Shown one piece after another: positions 22,152 to 32,905 of a stretch of 64,000 nt of DNA. Position numbers and translations under genes: made by a program. Each line of letters starts with the position of its first letter. The first letter of the stretch is position 1. Origin of the DNA: Alphaproteobacteria bacterium (GTDB lineage Bacteria > Pseudomonadota > Alphaproteobacteria > Bin95). Below the pieces are notes generated by a model. It was given only the letters and a program-made list of their open reading frames with translations, was not told the DNA's origin and did not search any database. The stretch spans positions 160,001 through 224,000 of the forward strand of contig OZ219787.1 in NCBI GenBank assembly GCA_964291285.2, read 5' to 3'.

Positions 22152-23077
22152 GCCCAGGGGCCCTTGCGGCGGGGCCCCTGCATCCAGGAGGCGCCGGTTG
22201 GCGCGCCGCCCGTCGCCCGTCCGGTGGGGCGCGGCCGCTGCGCCCGTGCCATCTCCCGGAGCGCCCGGACCCGGTTCGCCGTCGAGGGGTGCGTGGAAAA
22301 CAGCCGGTCGGCCCTGTGCGCGTGCAGCGGGTTCACGATGAACATATGGGCCGTGGCGGGGTTGCGTTCTGCCGCATGGTTGTCGATGCGGGCCGCGCCC
22401 CGCTCCAGGCGTTCGAGCGCGGAGGCGAGCGCCAGCGGGTCGCCGCAGATTTCCGCACCCAGCCGGTCGGCTTCGTATTCGCGCGCCCGGCTGATCGCCA
22501 TCTGGACCAGCATGGCCGCCATGGGCGCCAGGATCGCGACGAGCAGGGCGCCGGCGAAACCGAGCGGGCTGTTGCGCCCGCCGCCGAAGAAGAGGCCGAA
22601 ATTCGCGAGCATCGACACCGCGCCCGCAACCGTCGCGGTGATCGTCATGATGAGCGTGTCGCGGTTCTTCACATGCGCAAGCTCATGCGCCATCACACCT
22701 TCGACCTCCTTGGGCGAGAGCGTCTGCAACAGGCCGGTCGTGGCGGCGACGGCGGCGTTCTCCGGGTTGCGCCCGGTGGCGAAGGCGTTGGGCTGGTCGT
22801 TGCGGACGGTATAGACGCGCGGCATCGGCAGGTCCGCCCGTTCCGAGAGGCGCCGGACCATGGCGTGGAGTTCCGGCTCGCGCCGTTCGTCGGCCTCCTC
22901 CGCGCCGTACATGGACAGCAGCATCCGGTCCGAGTTCCACCAGGCGAAGGCGTTCATGCCGAGCGCCACGATGAGCGCCACCCCCATGCCGGCGGGGCCG
23001 CCCAGCAGGTAGCCGACGGCGAGGAACAGGCCGGTCAGGCCGGCGAGCAGGATCGCGGTGCGGGCGAAGTTCGGCAT
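22148..23077 (-). CDS. htpX: Zinc metalloprotease HtpX
   Basis: [28 protein letters not shown]. Confidence 0.93.
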   Translation of the reverse strand: MPNFARTAILLAGLTGLFLAVGYLLGGPAGMGVALIVALGMNAFAWWNSDRMLLSMYGAEEADERREPELHAMVRRLSERADLPMPRVYTVRNDQPNAFATGRNPENAAVAATTGLLQTLSPKEVEGVMAHELAHVKNRDTLIMTITATVAGAVSMLANFGLFFGGGRNSPLGFAGALLVAILAPMAAMLVQMAISRAREYEADRLGAEICGDPLALASALERLERGAARIDNHAAERNPATAHMFIVNPLHAHRADRLFSTHPSTANRVRALREMARAQRPRPTGRATGGAPTGASWMQGPRRKGPWA

Positions 23078-23129
23078 GGGCGCGCGGCTCTGCTTGGCAA
23101 GGGGCTCCAGCATGCCATATGTAGGAGCC

Positions 23130-23300
23130 ATGTCGCGCAAATCACGCCCCGACGAGCCGAAGACGCAGGACCCGGCGCCCGGCAATGCGCGCCCGCCGCT
23201 GCCGGAGGACGCCGGCGGCGACACGCAGGACAAGCCCGAAAGGCCCGACCCGACGCGCTACGGCGACTGGGAGATAGACGGGCGCTGCATCGACTTTTGA
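23130..23300 (+). CDS. DUF1674 / SDHAF4-like protein
   Basis: [18 protein letters not shown]. Confidence 0.85.
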   Translation: MSRKSRPDEPKTQDPAPGNARPPLPEDAGGDTQDKPERPDPTRYGDWEIDGRCIDF

Positions 23301-24265
23301 GCCCGCTCTGGCGGGTCTGGCTCACCGTCCCGGAGGACCGGACGGCGGCGGCGGAGCGGGTGCTCGAAGGCTGGGCCGACGCCGTTTCCGTGTTCGAGCT
23401 CGCCTCCGGCGACAAGCCGCGCCCCGGCGCTCGAAGCGGAGGATGGGCGGACGAGATCTGGCTGGCGGAGGTGTGCGTGGTGGAAGGCATTGCCGCCGCG
23501 CCGCCCGACATGGCGAAGCTTGCGCGCCTGGCGGCCGGGGAAGGCCTGCCGGCGCCCGAGGCGGCGCCGCTCGCCGAGCGCGACTGGACGGCGGAAAGCC
23601 AGGCGGGCTTGCCGGTGCGGCGCGTCGGCCGCATCGCCGTCGGCGACCCCGGCGCGCGGCTGCCGCCGGTGCCGGTGCGCCTGCGCATTGCCGCTGCGAC
23701 AGCCTTCGGCACGGGCGCACACCCCACCACGGAAGGATGCCTTGCCGCGCTCGACCGGCTCCGGTGCCGGACGGGCCCCCGACGGCGGCCGCGCGCCGTG
23801 CTGGACCTCGGCACGGGCACCGGCGTGCTTGCCTTCGCGGCGGTGCGCCTCTGGCCGGGCGTCCGCGTCGCGGCAAGCGATATCGACCCCGCCGCCGGCG
23901 CGCCCTTCACCCGCAACGCCCGCGCAAACGGGCTCCGCCTCCGCTTCCTGCATGCGGACGGGCCGGCGCATCCCGCGCTCCGCGCCGCCGCGCCCTATGA
24001 CGCGATCCTCGCCAATCTCCTCTACCGGCCGCTGCTGCGCCTTGCGCCCGGGATCGCCCGCCTCGCCGCGCCGGGAGGCCTCGTGGTGCTGTCCGGCATT
24101 CTCGAACGCCAGGAACTGCCGCTGCGCCTCGCGCTGCGCCGCCAGGGCCTGCGTTTCCTCCGCTCGCGCCGCCGCGGCGGCTGGTCCACCGTCGAGGCCG
24201 AGCGTCCGCCGGGCAGGCGGGCAAAGCGCCGGAACGGTTGCCGACAACGGCCGTTCCGCCTATAA
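23297..24265 (+). CDS. prmA: 50S ribosomal protein L11 methyltransferase
   Basis: [27 protein letters not shown]. Confidence 0.82.
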   Translation: MSPLWRVWLTVPEDRTAAAERVLEGWADAVSVFELASGDKPRPGARSGGWADEIWLAEVCVVEGIAAAPPDMAKLARLAAGEGLPAPEAAPLAERDWTAESQAGLPVRRVGRIAVGDPGARLPPVPVRLRIAAATAFGTGAHPTTEGCLAALDRLRCRTGPRRRPRAVLDLGTGTGVLAFAAVRLWPGVRVAASDIDPAAGAPFTRNARANGLRLRFLHADGPAHPALRAAAPYDAILANLLYRPLLRLAPGIARLAAPGGLVVLSGILERQELPLRLALRRQGLRFLRSRRRGGWSTVEAERPPGRRAKRRNGCRQRPFRL

Positions 24266-24305
24266 CTCGCCCGACCATCGTTCAATTCCGCAGCGAGTGA
24301 AGCCC

Positions 24306-24683
24306 ATGGCGCGCGTCACCGTCGAGGACTGCGTCCTCAAGGTCCCGAACCGTTTCGATCTTGTCATGCTTGCGGCGCAGCGCTCGCGCGACATCTCCGA
24401 GGGCGCGGAGATTACCCTCGACCGCGACAGGGACAAGAATCCTGTGGTGTCGCTCAGGGAGATTGCCGAGGAGACCGTCCCTCTCGACGAGCTCGAGGAA
24501 GGCCAGATCCGGCGGCTCCTGCGTCACCGCGAAGAAGAAGAAGAGCCGGGCGACGGGCTCGACATGCTGCCGGCGCCGGATGTTCCGGACAGGAGCCCGG
24601 TAGAGCAGGATCTCGACATCAGCTCGCTCATGCGCGAGGTGGCCCAGCAGGACGGCGAACTGCAGCCTCGCGACAACAGCTAG
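24306..24683 (+). CDS. rpoZ: RNA polymerase omega subunit
   Basis: MARVTVEDC...NRFDLV...[12 protein letters not shown]. Confidence 0.95.
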   Translation: MARVTVEDCVLKVPNRFDLVMLAAQRSRDISEGAEITLDRDRDKNPVVSLREIAEETVPLDELEEGQIRRLLRHREEEEEPGDGLDMLPAPDVPDRSPVEQDLDISSLMREVAQQDGELQPRDNS

Positions 24684-24752
24684 GACGTCATATGCGCAGG
24701 CGCTGCGGGATTTCCTGCCGCCGGGCGCGGTAGGCGCGTTCGGGTTCGCGGA

Positions 24753-26903
24753 ATGCTCCGGCAGTACGAGCTGATCGAACGCATCAGGGCATACGACCCC
24801 GATGCCGACGAACTGCTGATAAACCGCGCCTATGTCTATGCGATGGTCCAGCACGGCCACCAGGTCCGCGCCTCGGGCGACCCGTATTTCTCCCATCCGC
24901 TCGAAGTCGCCGGGATTCTGGCCGACATCAGGCTCGACAGCGCCTCGATCATCACCGCCCTCCTGCACGACACGGTCGAGGACACCGACGCCACGCTTGC
25001 CGACATCCGCCGGATGTTCGGCAGCGAGGTCGAACGGCTGGTGGACGGGGTCACCAAGCTCTCCAAGATCGAGTCCGAGTCCGCGCACACCCGGCAGGCC
25101 GAGAATCTGGGCAAGCTGGTGCTCGCAATGTCGCAGGACATCCGGGTGCTGCTCGTCAAGCTCGCGGACCGGCTGCACAACATGCGTACGCTGCATTTCA
25201 TCGCCGGGGAAGAGAAAAAGCGCCGGATCGCGGCCGAGACGCTGGAAATCTACGTCCCGCTCGCCGAACGGATCGGGATGCAGGACTGGAAGGAAGACCT
25301 GGCGGACCGGGCCTTCGCCGTGCTCCAGCCCGAGACCCACGAGAACATCGCGGAAGGTTTCGAGCTGCTCGAACGGGAGGGCGGCGGCCAGGTCGAACGG
25401 ATCATCGAGGCCCTGTCGCAGTCGCTTGAGGAGGCCGGCCTCGAGGCCGAGATCACGGGCCGGCGCAAGCGCCCGCATTCCATCTGGACCAAGATGCAGC
25501 GCAAGAAGGCCGTGTCGCTGGAACAGGTCTCCGACATCATGGCGTTTCGCGTCGTCGTGGAGTCGGCGATGCAGTGCTACGAGGCGCTCGGGCATCTGCA
25601 CGCCGCCTGGCGCGCAGTGCCGGAGCGGTTCAAGGATTACATCTCCCTCCCCAAGGACAACGGCTATCGCGCCCTGCATACGGTGCTGACCGGTCCCGAC
25701 GGACACCCGATAGAGGTGCAGATCCGCTCCCGCGAGATGCACGAATTCGCCGAGAACGGCGCCGCCGCCCACTGGCTTTACAAGCAGGAAGGCGGGGGCG
25801 TGGACGGGCGGCAGTACGAGTGGGTGCAGCAGTTCCTGGACATCCTCGAGAGCGCGTCGAGCCCGGAGGAGTTCCTGTCGCACACCAAGATGCAGCTCTT
25901 CCCGGACCAGGTGTTCTGCTTCACCCCGAAGGGCGACCTGAAGGCCCTGCCCGCCGGGGCGACGCTGGTCGACTTCGCCTATGCGATCCATTCCGAGGTC
26001 GGCGACCACTGCGCCGGCGGCCGGGTCAACGGCCGGCAGGTGCCGCTGCGCACCGAGCTGCACAACGGGGACCGGGTGGAAATCGTCACGGCGAAGAACC
26101 TGCGCGTCACTCCGGAATGGGACCGGTTCGTCGTCACCGGCAAGGCGAAGGCGCATATCCGCCGCCATGAGCGCCTTCAGCGGCGTGAGGAGTTCATCAG
26201 GCTCGGCCGCCAGCTTCTCGATGTCGAGATGCGCGACGCCGGGCATGTCTGGCGCGAACGCCAGCTTGCGCCTGTCGCACGCGCCCGCAAGCTGGAGTCG
26301 CCGGAGGACCTGCTCGCCGCGATCGGCGAAGGGCGCGTCGCGGCGCGGAGCGTCCTGAAGGCGCTTTATCCCGAGGCGCCGGTGGATCCGGACACCGAAA
26401 CCGTGGTCTCGATCGAGCGCGCCCGGCGGCGGCGGGAGGGGCGGGCCGGGCCGCTTCTGGTCCGCGGCGTGATGCCGGGCCTGGCTACGCATTTCGCCCG
26501 CTGCTGCCATCCGATTCCCGGCGACCGGATCGTCGGCATCATCACCACCGGAAAGGGCGTGACCGTCCATACCGAGGAATGCCTGACGCTTGAGAGCTTT
26601 TCCCACACCCCGGAGCGCTGGATCGAACTCGCCTGGGAAAACGAGCCGGGGGAGGAGCAGCCGCGCCATGTCGGGCGGATACGGCTGACGGTGGCCAACA
26701 AGCCCGGCACGCTGGCGAATGTGGCGTCCCTGATCGCAAGCAACCAGGCGAACATTTCGAATCTCAAATTCGTCAACCGCCAGACGGATTTCTTCGACAT
26801 ACTGGTCGATGTCGAGGTCCTCAATACGAGGCAGCTCAACGACATCATGGCCGCGCTGAGCGCCCGGCCCGAGATCGCTTCGGTGAAGCGGGCGAAGCGC
26901 TGA
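24753..26903 (+). CDS. spoT: Bifunctional (p)ppGpp synthetase/hydrolase
   Basis: HD motif (ALLHDTVED), synthetase, TGS and ACT domains. Confidence 0.96.
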   Translation: MLRQYELIERIRAYDPDADELLINRAYVYAMVQHGHQVRASGDPYFSHPLEVAGILADIRLDSASIITALLHDTVEDTDATLADIRRMFGSEVERLVDGVTKLSKIESESAHTRQAENLGKLVLAMSQDIRVLLVKLADRLHNMRTLHFIAGEEKKRRIAAETLEIYVPLAERIGMQDWKEDLADRAFAVLQPETHENIAEGFELLEREGGGQVERIIEALSQSLEEAGLEAEITGRRKRPHSIWTKMQRKKAVSLEQVSDIMAFRVVVESAMQCYEALGHLHAAWRAVPERFKDYISLPKDNGYRALHTVLTGPDGHPIEVQIRSREMHEFAENGAAAHWLYKQEGGGVDGRQYEWVQQFLDILESASSPEEFLSHTKMQLFPDQVFCFTPKGDLKALPAGATLVDFAYAIHSEVGDHCAGGRVNGRQVPLRTELHNGDRVEIVTAKNLRVTPEWDRFVVTGKAKAHIRRHERLQRREEFIRLGRQLLDVEMRDAGHVWRERQLAPVARARKLESPEDLLAAIGEGRVAARSVLKALYPEAPVDPDTETVVSIERARRRREGRAGPLLVRGVMPGLATHFARCCHPIPGDRIVGIITTGKGVTVHTEECLTLESFSHTPERWIELAWENEPGEEQPRHVGRIRLTVANKPGTLANVASLIASNQANISNLKFVNRQTDFFDILVDVEVLNTRQLNDIMAALSARPEIASVKRAKR

Positions 26904-26908
26904 CGGCC

Positions 26909-27490
26909 ATGGCGATCCTGGGGCGCAAACGGCGGCGCGGGCTACCGTCCCGGATCGGAGGGTGGGTGTGGCCGTCAGGAGGCTGGCGGCGCGCATCCCG
27001 CTATCTCGCCATGCGCCTCAGCCGCATTCCGGGCACCCCCTATTCGCTCGCCGCGGGCTTCTCCTGGGGCGCATTCACCTCCTTCCTGCCGTTTCCGGGC
27101 CTGCACTTCGTCATGGCGGCGATATTTGCGCTCGCCACCCGCTCGAATGTGCTCGCGGCCGCCATCGGCACGGTGGTGGGCAACCCCTGGACCTTCCCCT
27201 TCATATGGGTCGGCACCTACGAACTCGGCGCGTGGCTCGGCTTCGGCGCGGAGGGCGTCAATTTCACCGACACCTGGGGGCGCGCCTTCGAGGCCGGCAT
27301 TGACGGCCGGTTCGGCACCTTCCTGGAGACGGCGCAGCCCCTGCTGCTCGCCATGACGGTAGGCGGCGCCGTGCTGGGCGCGGTCGCCTGGGGGGCGTTC
27401 TTCATCATGCTGGCGCCGCTGGTGCGCGCCTATCAGAGACGCAGGCGCGGGCGCATCGCCCGCGCCCGGGCCGGAGATGTGGAGGCATGA
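26909..27490 (+). CDS. DUF2062 membrane protein
   Basis: [10 protein letters not shown]; conserved position after spoT. Confidence 0.8.
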   Translation: MAILGRKRRRGLPSRIGGWVWPSGGWRRASRYLAMRLSRIPGTPYSLAAGFSWGAFTSFLPFPGLHFVMAAIFALATRSNVLAAAIGTVVGNPWTFPFIWVGTYELGAWLGFGAEGVNFTDTWGRAFEAGIDGRFGTFLETAQPLLLAMTVGGAVLGAVAWGAFFIMLAPLVRAYQRRRRGRIARARAGDVEA

Positions 27491-28215
27491 CAAACCGACC
27501 GAGACTCGGCGTGAACGTCGATCATGTCGCGACCGTCCGCAATGCGCGCGGGGTCGCATATCCGGACCCGGTGCGCGCGGCGCTGCTGGCCTGCGAAGCG
27601 GGTGCGGACGGGATCACGGCGCATTTGCGCGAGGACCGCCGCCACATTCGCGACGAGGACATGCGCCGGCTGAAGGAGGCGCTGCCCGCGCCGCTCAATT
27701 TCGAGATGGCGCCGACCGACGCCATGGTGGAGATCGCCTCGGCGATCCGGCCGCACGCCGCCTGCCTGGTGCCGGAGCGGCGCGAGGAGCTGACGACCGA
27801 GGGCGGGCTCGACGCGGCGGGCCTCGGCGCCGCGCTCGGCTCCCGGGTGCAGGCGCTCGCGGCGGCGGGCATCCGGGTCTCGCTGTTCATCGAGCCCGAT
27901 CCGAAGCAGCTTCGCGCCGCGGTGGCGCTCGGCGCGCCCGTGGTCGAACTGCACACGGGACGCTACTGCGAACTGGCGGGAGAGGCGCAGCAGGCGGAAC
28001 TGGAGCGCATCCGCTCGGCCGCGGCGCTTGCAGAGGAACTCGGGCTCGAATGCCATGCCGGGCACGGCCTGACCTATGACAATGTCGGCCCGGTCGCGGC
28101 GATCCCGACGGTTGCGGAACTCAATATCGGCCATTTCCTGGTCGGTGAGGCGATCTTCGTCGGCCTGGTCGAGACGGTCCGGCGGATGCGGGCGGCCATG
28201 GACCGCGCGCGATGA
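27487..28215 (+). CDS. pdxJ: Pyridoxine 5'-phosphate synthase
   Basis: [30 protein letters not shown]. Confidence 0.96.
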   Translation: MTNRPRLGVNVDHVATVRNARGVAYPDPVRAALLACEAGADGITAHLREDRRHIRDEDMRRLKEALPAPLNFEMAPTDAMVEIASAIRPHAACLVPERREELTTEGGLDAAGLGAALGSRVQALAAAGIRVSLFIEPDPKQLRAAVALGAPVVELHTGRYCELAGEAQQAELERIRSAAALAEELGLECHAGHGLTYDNVGPVAAIPTVAELNIGHFLVGEAIFVGLVETVRRMRAAMDRAR

Positions 28216-28631
28216 TCGTCGGGCTCGGCAGCGACCTGATCGACATAACCCGGATCGAACGCACGCTGGAGCGGTTCGGCGAGCGCTTCACCCGGCGCGT
28301 GTTCACCGAGGCGGAGCGCCAGCGGTCCGACCGCCGGCGGCTGCGCGCGGCAAGCTACGCCCGGCGTTTCGCCGCCAAGGAAGCCTGCTCCAAGGCGCTC
28401 GGCACGGGCCTTCGCCAGGGTGTCTACTGGCGCGACATGGGCGTGGTCAACCTTCCGGGCGGGCGCCCGACGCTGCAGTTGACCGGCGGTGCGGCCAGGC
28501 GCCTTGCGGACCTGCTGCCGCCGGGCACCCGCGCGCGCATCGACCTCACCATCACCGATGAGCCGCCGCTGGCCCATGCGCTGGTCATCATCACCGCGGT
28601 GCCGGGAGATGCGGCGAATGGCTGCGCTTGA
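28212..28631 (+). CDS. acpS: Holo-ACP synthase
   Basis: [21 protein letters not shown]. Confidence 0.95.
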   Translation: MIVGLGSDLIDITRIERTLERFGERFTRRVFTEAERQRSDRRRLRAASYARRFAAKEACSKALGTGLRQGVYWRDMGVVNLPGGRPTLQLTGGAARRLADLLPPGTRARIDLTITDEPPLAHALVIITAVPGDAANGCA

Positions 28632-28715
28632 CAGCCGGCCGCCCGGCGGCGTTCTATCCGGCCCCGATCCGCGCCGGCGGAAAACCGGCTCTTCCCTGTC
28701 CAGGTCGCTGCTCCC

Positions 28716-29441
28716 GTGAAAGAAACCGTCAAGACCATCGTCTATGCCGGTCTGATCGCGCTTGGCATCCGCAGTTTCCTCTTCGAGCCCTTCACCATCC
28801 CCTCCGGCTCGATGCTGCAGACCCTGCTGATCGGGGATTTCCTGTTCGTCTCCAAATATTCCTACGGCTACAGCCGCTATTCCCTGCCCTTCGGCCTGCC
28901 GCTGATTCCGGGGCCGGGACGGCTGTTCGGAGAGGGGCCCGAGCGCGGCGATGTGGCGGTGTTCAAGAACCCGATGGCGCCGAAGATCGATTTCGTGAAG
29001 CGCGTGGTGGGCCTTCCGGGCGACACCGTCCAGCTGCGCAGCGGGCGCCTCTTCATCAACGGCACGCCGGTGGCGCGCGGCCGCATCGGGCCCGCGAACT
29101 ACCGCGACAAATACGGCATCGTGAAGCGCGCGATCCGCTACCGCGAGACCCTGCCGAACGGCCGGTCGTATGAAATCCTGGAGGAAAGCGACTCCGGCCC
29201 CGCGGACAACACCGCCGTCTTCGAGGTGCCGGACGGCCATTATTTCGCGCTCGGCGACAATCGCGACAACTCCACCGACAGCCGGTTCATCAGCCATGTG
29301 GGCTACATCCCGGCGGAGAATTTCGTCGGGCGGGCGGAAATCCTGTTCTTCTCCCTCGACCACGACACCAGCTTCTGGGAATTCTGGAGATATCCGAGCG
29401 GAGTTCGCTGGGAGCGCATCTTCGACGCGATAGGCCCGTGA
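28716..29441 (+). CDS. lepB: Signal peptidase I
   Basis: IPSGSM, FVKRVVG, GDNRDNSTDSR. Confidence 0.95.
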   Translation: MKETVKTIVYAGLIALGIRSFLFEPFTIPSGSMLQTLLIGDFLFVSKYSYGYSRYSLPFGLPLIPGPGRLFGEGPERGDVAVFKNPMAPKIDFVKRVVGLPGDTVQLRSGRLFINGTPVARGRIGPANYRDKYGIVKRAIRYRETLPNGRSYEILEESDSGPADNTAVFEVPDGHYFALGDNRDNSTDSRFISHVGYIPAENFVGRAEILFFSLDHDTSFWEFWRYPSGVRWERIFDAIGP

Positions 29442-30094
29442 ACGCCCGGTTCCGCGACGCGCTTGGCCACGATTTCGCCGATCCCCGCCTGCTCCGGCAG
29501 GCGCTGACCCACCCGAGCGCGCCGGGGCGCGGCGACGATGCGTTCCAAAGGCTGGAATTCCTGGGCGACCGCGTGCTCGGCCTCATCGTGGCCGAGATGC
29601 TGCTCGAACGCTTCCCGGACGTCGATGAAGGCGGGGTCGGGCTGCGCATGTCCGTCCTGGTGAGCCAGGAGGCGCTGATCGAGGTCGCAAGGAACACGGG
29701 CCTTGACGCGGCTCTTGTGCGGGACCCGAAGGCCCGCGAAACGCGCATGGCGGAGAAGCCGGCGGCGGATGCCTGCGAGGCGGTCATTGCGGCGCTCTAC
29801 CTCGACGGCGGGCTCGACGCCGCGCGGCAGTTCGTCCGCCGCCACTGGCAGGCGCTGGTCGAACGCCATGCGGAGGTGGAGCGCGACGCCCGCAGCCGCC
29901 TGCAGGAGTGGAGCGACGCCCGCGCGCTCGGCCAGCCGGTCTATACCGTCTGCGCCCGGCGCGGCCCCGCGCACCGCCCCGAATTCGAGGTCGAGGCCGC
30001 GCTTTCCAGCGGCGAGCGGGCGAGGGGCTCGGGCGGCTCCAAGCGCGCCGCCGCCGCGGCCGCCGCCGCCGCCCTGCTCGAACGGCTGGAATGA
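29438..30094 (+). CDS. rnc: Ribonuclease III
   Basis: RLEFLGDRVLG, dsRBD. Confidence 0.95.
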   Translation: MNARFRDALGHDFADPRLLRQALTHPSAPGRGDDAFQRLEFLGDRVLGLIVAEMLLERFPDVDEGGVGLRMSVLVSQEALIEVARNTGLDAALVRDPKARETRMAEKPAADACEAVIAALYLDGGLDAARQFVRRHWQALVERHAEVERDARSRLQEWSDARALGQPVYTVCARRGPAHRPEFEVEAALSSGERARGSGGSKRAAAAAAAAALLERLE

Positions 30095-30987
30095 CCGCGC
30101 GCCGGGCCGGTTTCGTCGCTCTGCTCGGCGCGCCCAATGCCGGCAAGTCCACCCTGCTCAACCGGCTGGTCGGCGCCAAGGTCTCGATCGTCACGCCCAA
30201 GGCGCAGACCACGCGCTCGCGCATTCTCGGCATCCGCAACCACGGCGCGGCCCAGACCGTCTTCGTCGATACGCCCGGCATATTCGAGCCGCGCCGGCGG
30301 CTGGAGCGCGCGATGGTGCGCCGGGCCTGGCGCGCCGCGGGCGATGCCGACATTACCGTGCTGCTCGTCGATGCCGCCCGTCGCCCGGGCGCCCGCGAGG
30401 AGGCTGTCGTGAGCGGTCTCAAGGCCGGCGGCAGGCAGGCGGTGCTGGCGCTCAACAAGATCGACCTGATCGCGCGCGAACGGCTGCTGGCGCGCGCCGA
30501 GCACCTTTACGGCACGGGCTGCTTCAGCGATGTCTTCATGGTCTCGGCGCTGACCGGCGACGGCGTGGACGACCTGCTTGAGCATCTTGCGGGGCGCCTG
30601 CCGGAAGGTCCGTGGCTCTATCCCGAGGACGACCTCTCCGACGTGCCGCTGCGCTTCCTCGCCGCGGAGATCACGCGCGAGAAGGCGTTCCTGCGCCTGC
30701 ATGACGAGATTCCCTACGACGTCGCGACCGAAACGGCGGACTGGCAGGAGTTCGACAATGGCGGCGTGCGCATCGACCAGACGGTCTATGTGCGCCGGAC
30801 GAGCCAGCGCGCGATCGTGCTCGGCAGGGGCGGCGCGCGCATCAAGGCCGTCCGCGAGGCCGCGCAGGCGGAGCTGGCGGAGGCTCTCGACCGGCCGGTC
30901 CACCTGTTCCTGACGGTAAGGGTGCGCGAGGGCTGGCCCGACGACCCCGAGCGTTTCCGCGACCTCGGTCTCGACTACAATGTGTGA
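30091..30987 (+). CDS. era: GTPase Era
   Basis: GAPNAGKS, DTPG, NKID, KH domain. Confidence 0.96.
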   Translation: MTARRAGFVALLGAPNAGKSTLLNRLVGAKVSIVTPKAQTTRSRILGIRNHGAAQTVFVDTPGIFEPRRRLERAMVRRAWRAAGDADITVLLVDAARRPGAREEAVVSGLKAGGRQAVLALNKIDLIARERLLARAEHLYGTGCFSDVFMVSALTGDGVDDLLEHLAGRLPEGPWLYPEDDLSDVPLRFLAAEITREKAFLRLHDEIPYDVATETADWQEFDNGGVRIDQTVYVRRTSQRAIVLGRGGARIKAVREAAQAELAEALDRPVHLFLTVRVREGWPDDPERFRDLGLDYNV

Positions 30988-31031
30988 AACGGGGCACGGG
31001 CGGGGATGGTTTCCAGGGAGGAGCACGGGAC

Positions 31032-32354
31032 ATGGCGGACGGCATGCGGGCGAATGGCGGCGTGAGCGCAAACGCTGAGGCCGCACGGCACATCGACGAA
31101 GCCATACGCGCGATGACGCTCAATTACGGCGACGCCAACGGGCATCTGGCCGAGGCGCGCGAAGCCGACCCCGGCTGCGCGATGGCGGACCTCCTCGAAG
31201 CCTGGCTCCTGGCGCTGACCAAGGACGGAGCCCAGCTGGCGCGCGCGCGGGAGCTGATCTCCGGCATCGCCGGGGCCGGAATGACGGAGCGCGAGGCGCA
31301 GCATCTGGCGGCGCTGCGCCACGCTGCGAACGGCCGGTGGCCGTCGGCCGTCGCCGTGCTCGACCGCCATCTGATGGAGGATCCGCACGATCTGGCCGGT
31401 CATCAGTGCGCGCTTCGCCTCGACGGCTATCTCGGCCGTTTCCATCGCCAGGCCGCCCGCGCCGCCCGCGCCTTGCCGTTCTGGTCGAAGGACGAGCCCG
31501 GTTACGGCATCATGCTGTCCTTCTACGGGTTCGGCCTGGAGGAACTCGGGGACTTCGCCCGCGCGGAGGACGTCGCCCGGGCCGCGGCGGAACTCGAGCC
31601 CTACGGCTACTGGCCGCATCACACCGTCTCCCACGTGCTGGAGATGACCGGCCGGCCGGACGAGGGCATCGCCTGGATGGACGGCCGCCTGCCCTACTGG
31701 TCCGACCCGAAGTGCAACAACCGGGTCCATATCTGGTGGCACAAGGCGCTGTACCACATCGAACTCGGCCGGTTCGAGGAGGCGCTTGCGCTCTATGACG
31801 GGGAAATCCTGCCTGCGATGCGCGTGGCCGGCACACAGCTCTGCAACGCCGCGTCGCTGCTCTGGCGGCTCGAGACACTGGGTTGCGAGGCGGGCGAACG
31901 CTGGAGCCGGCTGCTCCCGCTCTGGCAGGGGCTGCTCCCCGGCATGACGAGCCCGTTCAATGAGGTCCATGCCGCCATGACCGCACTGCGCGCGGGCGAC
32001 AGGGCCGCTTACGAGACGGTGCTGGACGGCATGAAGCGGACCGCCGCCGCGAACAGCGAGATCGCGCCCGCCTATCGGGACATCTCCATCCCAGCCGCCG
32101 GGGCGATGGCCTGCTTCACCGACGGCGACTATGCCGGCGCCGTTGACGGCCTGCTGACGGCCGAAACCCATCTCTGGCGCATGGGCGGCAGCATTGCGCA
32201 GCGCGACCTTGTGGCGTGGACGCTCGCCGTGGCGGCCATCCGCGCAGGCCGGCGCAATGTCGCGCTGTCGCTCGCCAACGAACGGCTGGCGCTCAGGCCC
32301 GGGAGCGCCGTGAACCGGCATTTCCTGCAGGAGGCCCGGGCCATCGCGGCCTGA
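31032..32354 (+). CDS. Tetratricopeptide repeat protein (TTC38-like)
   Basis: HHTVSHVLEM, HIWWHKAL, GGSIAQRD. Confidence 0.8.
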   Translation: MADGMRANGGVSANAEAARHIDEAIRAMTLNYGDANGHLAEAREADPGCAMADLLEAWLLALTKDGAQLARARELISGIAGAGMTEREAQHLAALRHAANGRWPSAVAVLDRHLMEDPHDLAGHQCALRLDGYLGRFHRQAARAARALPFWSKDEPGYGIMLSFYGFGLEELGDFARAEDVARAAAELEPYGYWPHHTVSHVLEMTGRPDEGIAWMDGRLPYWSDPKCNNRVHIWWHKALYHIELGRFEEALALYDGEILPAMRVAGTQLCNAASLLWRLETLGCEAGERWSRLLPLWQGLLPGMTSPFNEVHAAMTALRAGDRAAYETVLDGMKRTAAANSEIAPAYRDISIPAAGAMACFTDGDYAGAVDGLLTAETHLWRMGGSIAQRDLVAWTLAVAAIRAGRRNVALSLANERLALRPGSAVNRHFLQEARAIAA

Positions 32355-32486
32355 CGCCCGCCGGGGCGGCGAGTCCGCGGCTGGCGGCAGGAGCCGTTCA
32401 TGACTTTCGTATATAATCCCCGGCCGCTTGCCCGCCTGCATCGGGCACGGCTCGAGGAATCCTGAAACCGCACCGGAGGGGACATC

Positions 32487-32768
32487 ATGGCCAAATTCGT
32501 CATGCTCGGAAAATACACGCAGGGGTCGATGGACGGGATCAGCGCGTCGCGCACCGACCGGGCGGCGGAGGTGGTCCGCGAGAGCGGCGGCGAGGTGATC
32601 GGCATATACGCGCTGCTCGGGGCCTTCGACCTCATCCTTTTCGTCGAATTGCCGGACGTCGAGACCGCGATGCAGGTCTCGCTGAAATTGACGCGCCTGA
32701 CCGGGGTCGGCTTCCTGACCTCGCCCGCCGTCGATGTGGAGACATTCGACTCCCTCGCCTCGGGGTAA
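32487..32768 (+). CDS. GYD domain protein
   Basis: YTQGSMDG...GGEV...LGAFD...ELPD. Confidence 0.8.
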   Translation: MAKFVMLGKYTQGSMDGISASRTDRAAEVVRESGGEVIGIYALLGAFDLILFVELPDVETAMQVSLKLTRLTGVGFLTSPAVDVETFDSLASG

Positions 32769-32905
32769 CCGGAACGCCGCCGGCCCCGGCGGTTGCACAA
32801 CGGCGGCGGCGAAGCCCCCGCGGCTGCGGCCTATGGATAGCCGGAGGACATATCTAGCGACGATGCCTTGCAGGAACTGCTAACGCTGAATTTAGCAAGC
32901 AACGG

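Noticed and set aside
24282-26996. Long antisense ORFs here and at 20808-22814, 47336-49528, 49146-51767 and 49685-52381
   Set aside because: High-GC shadow frames overlapping well-supported genes
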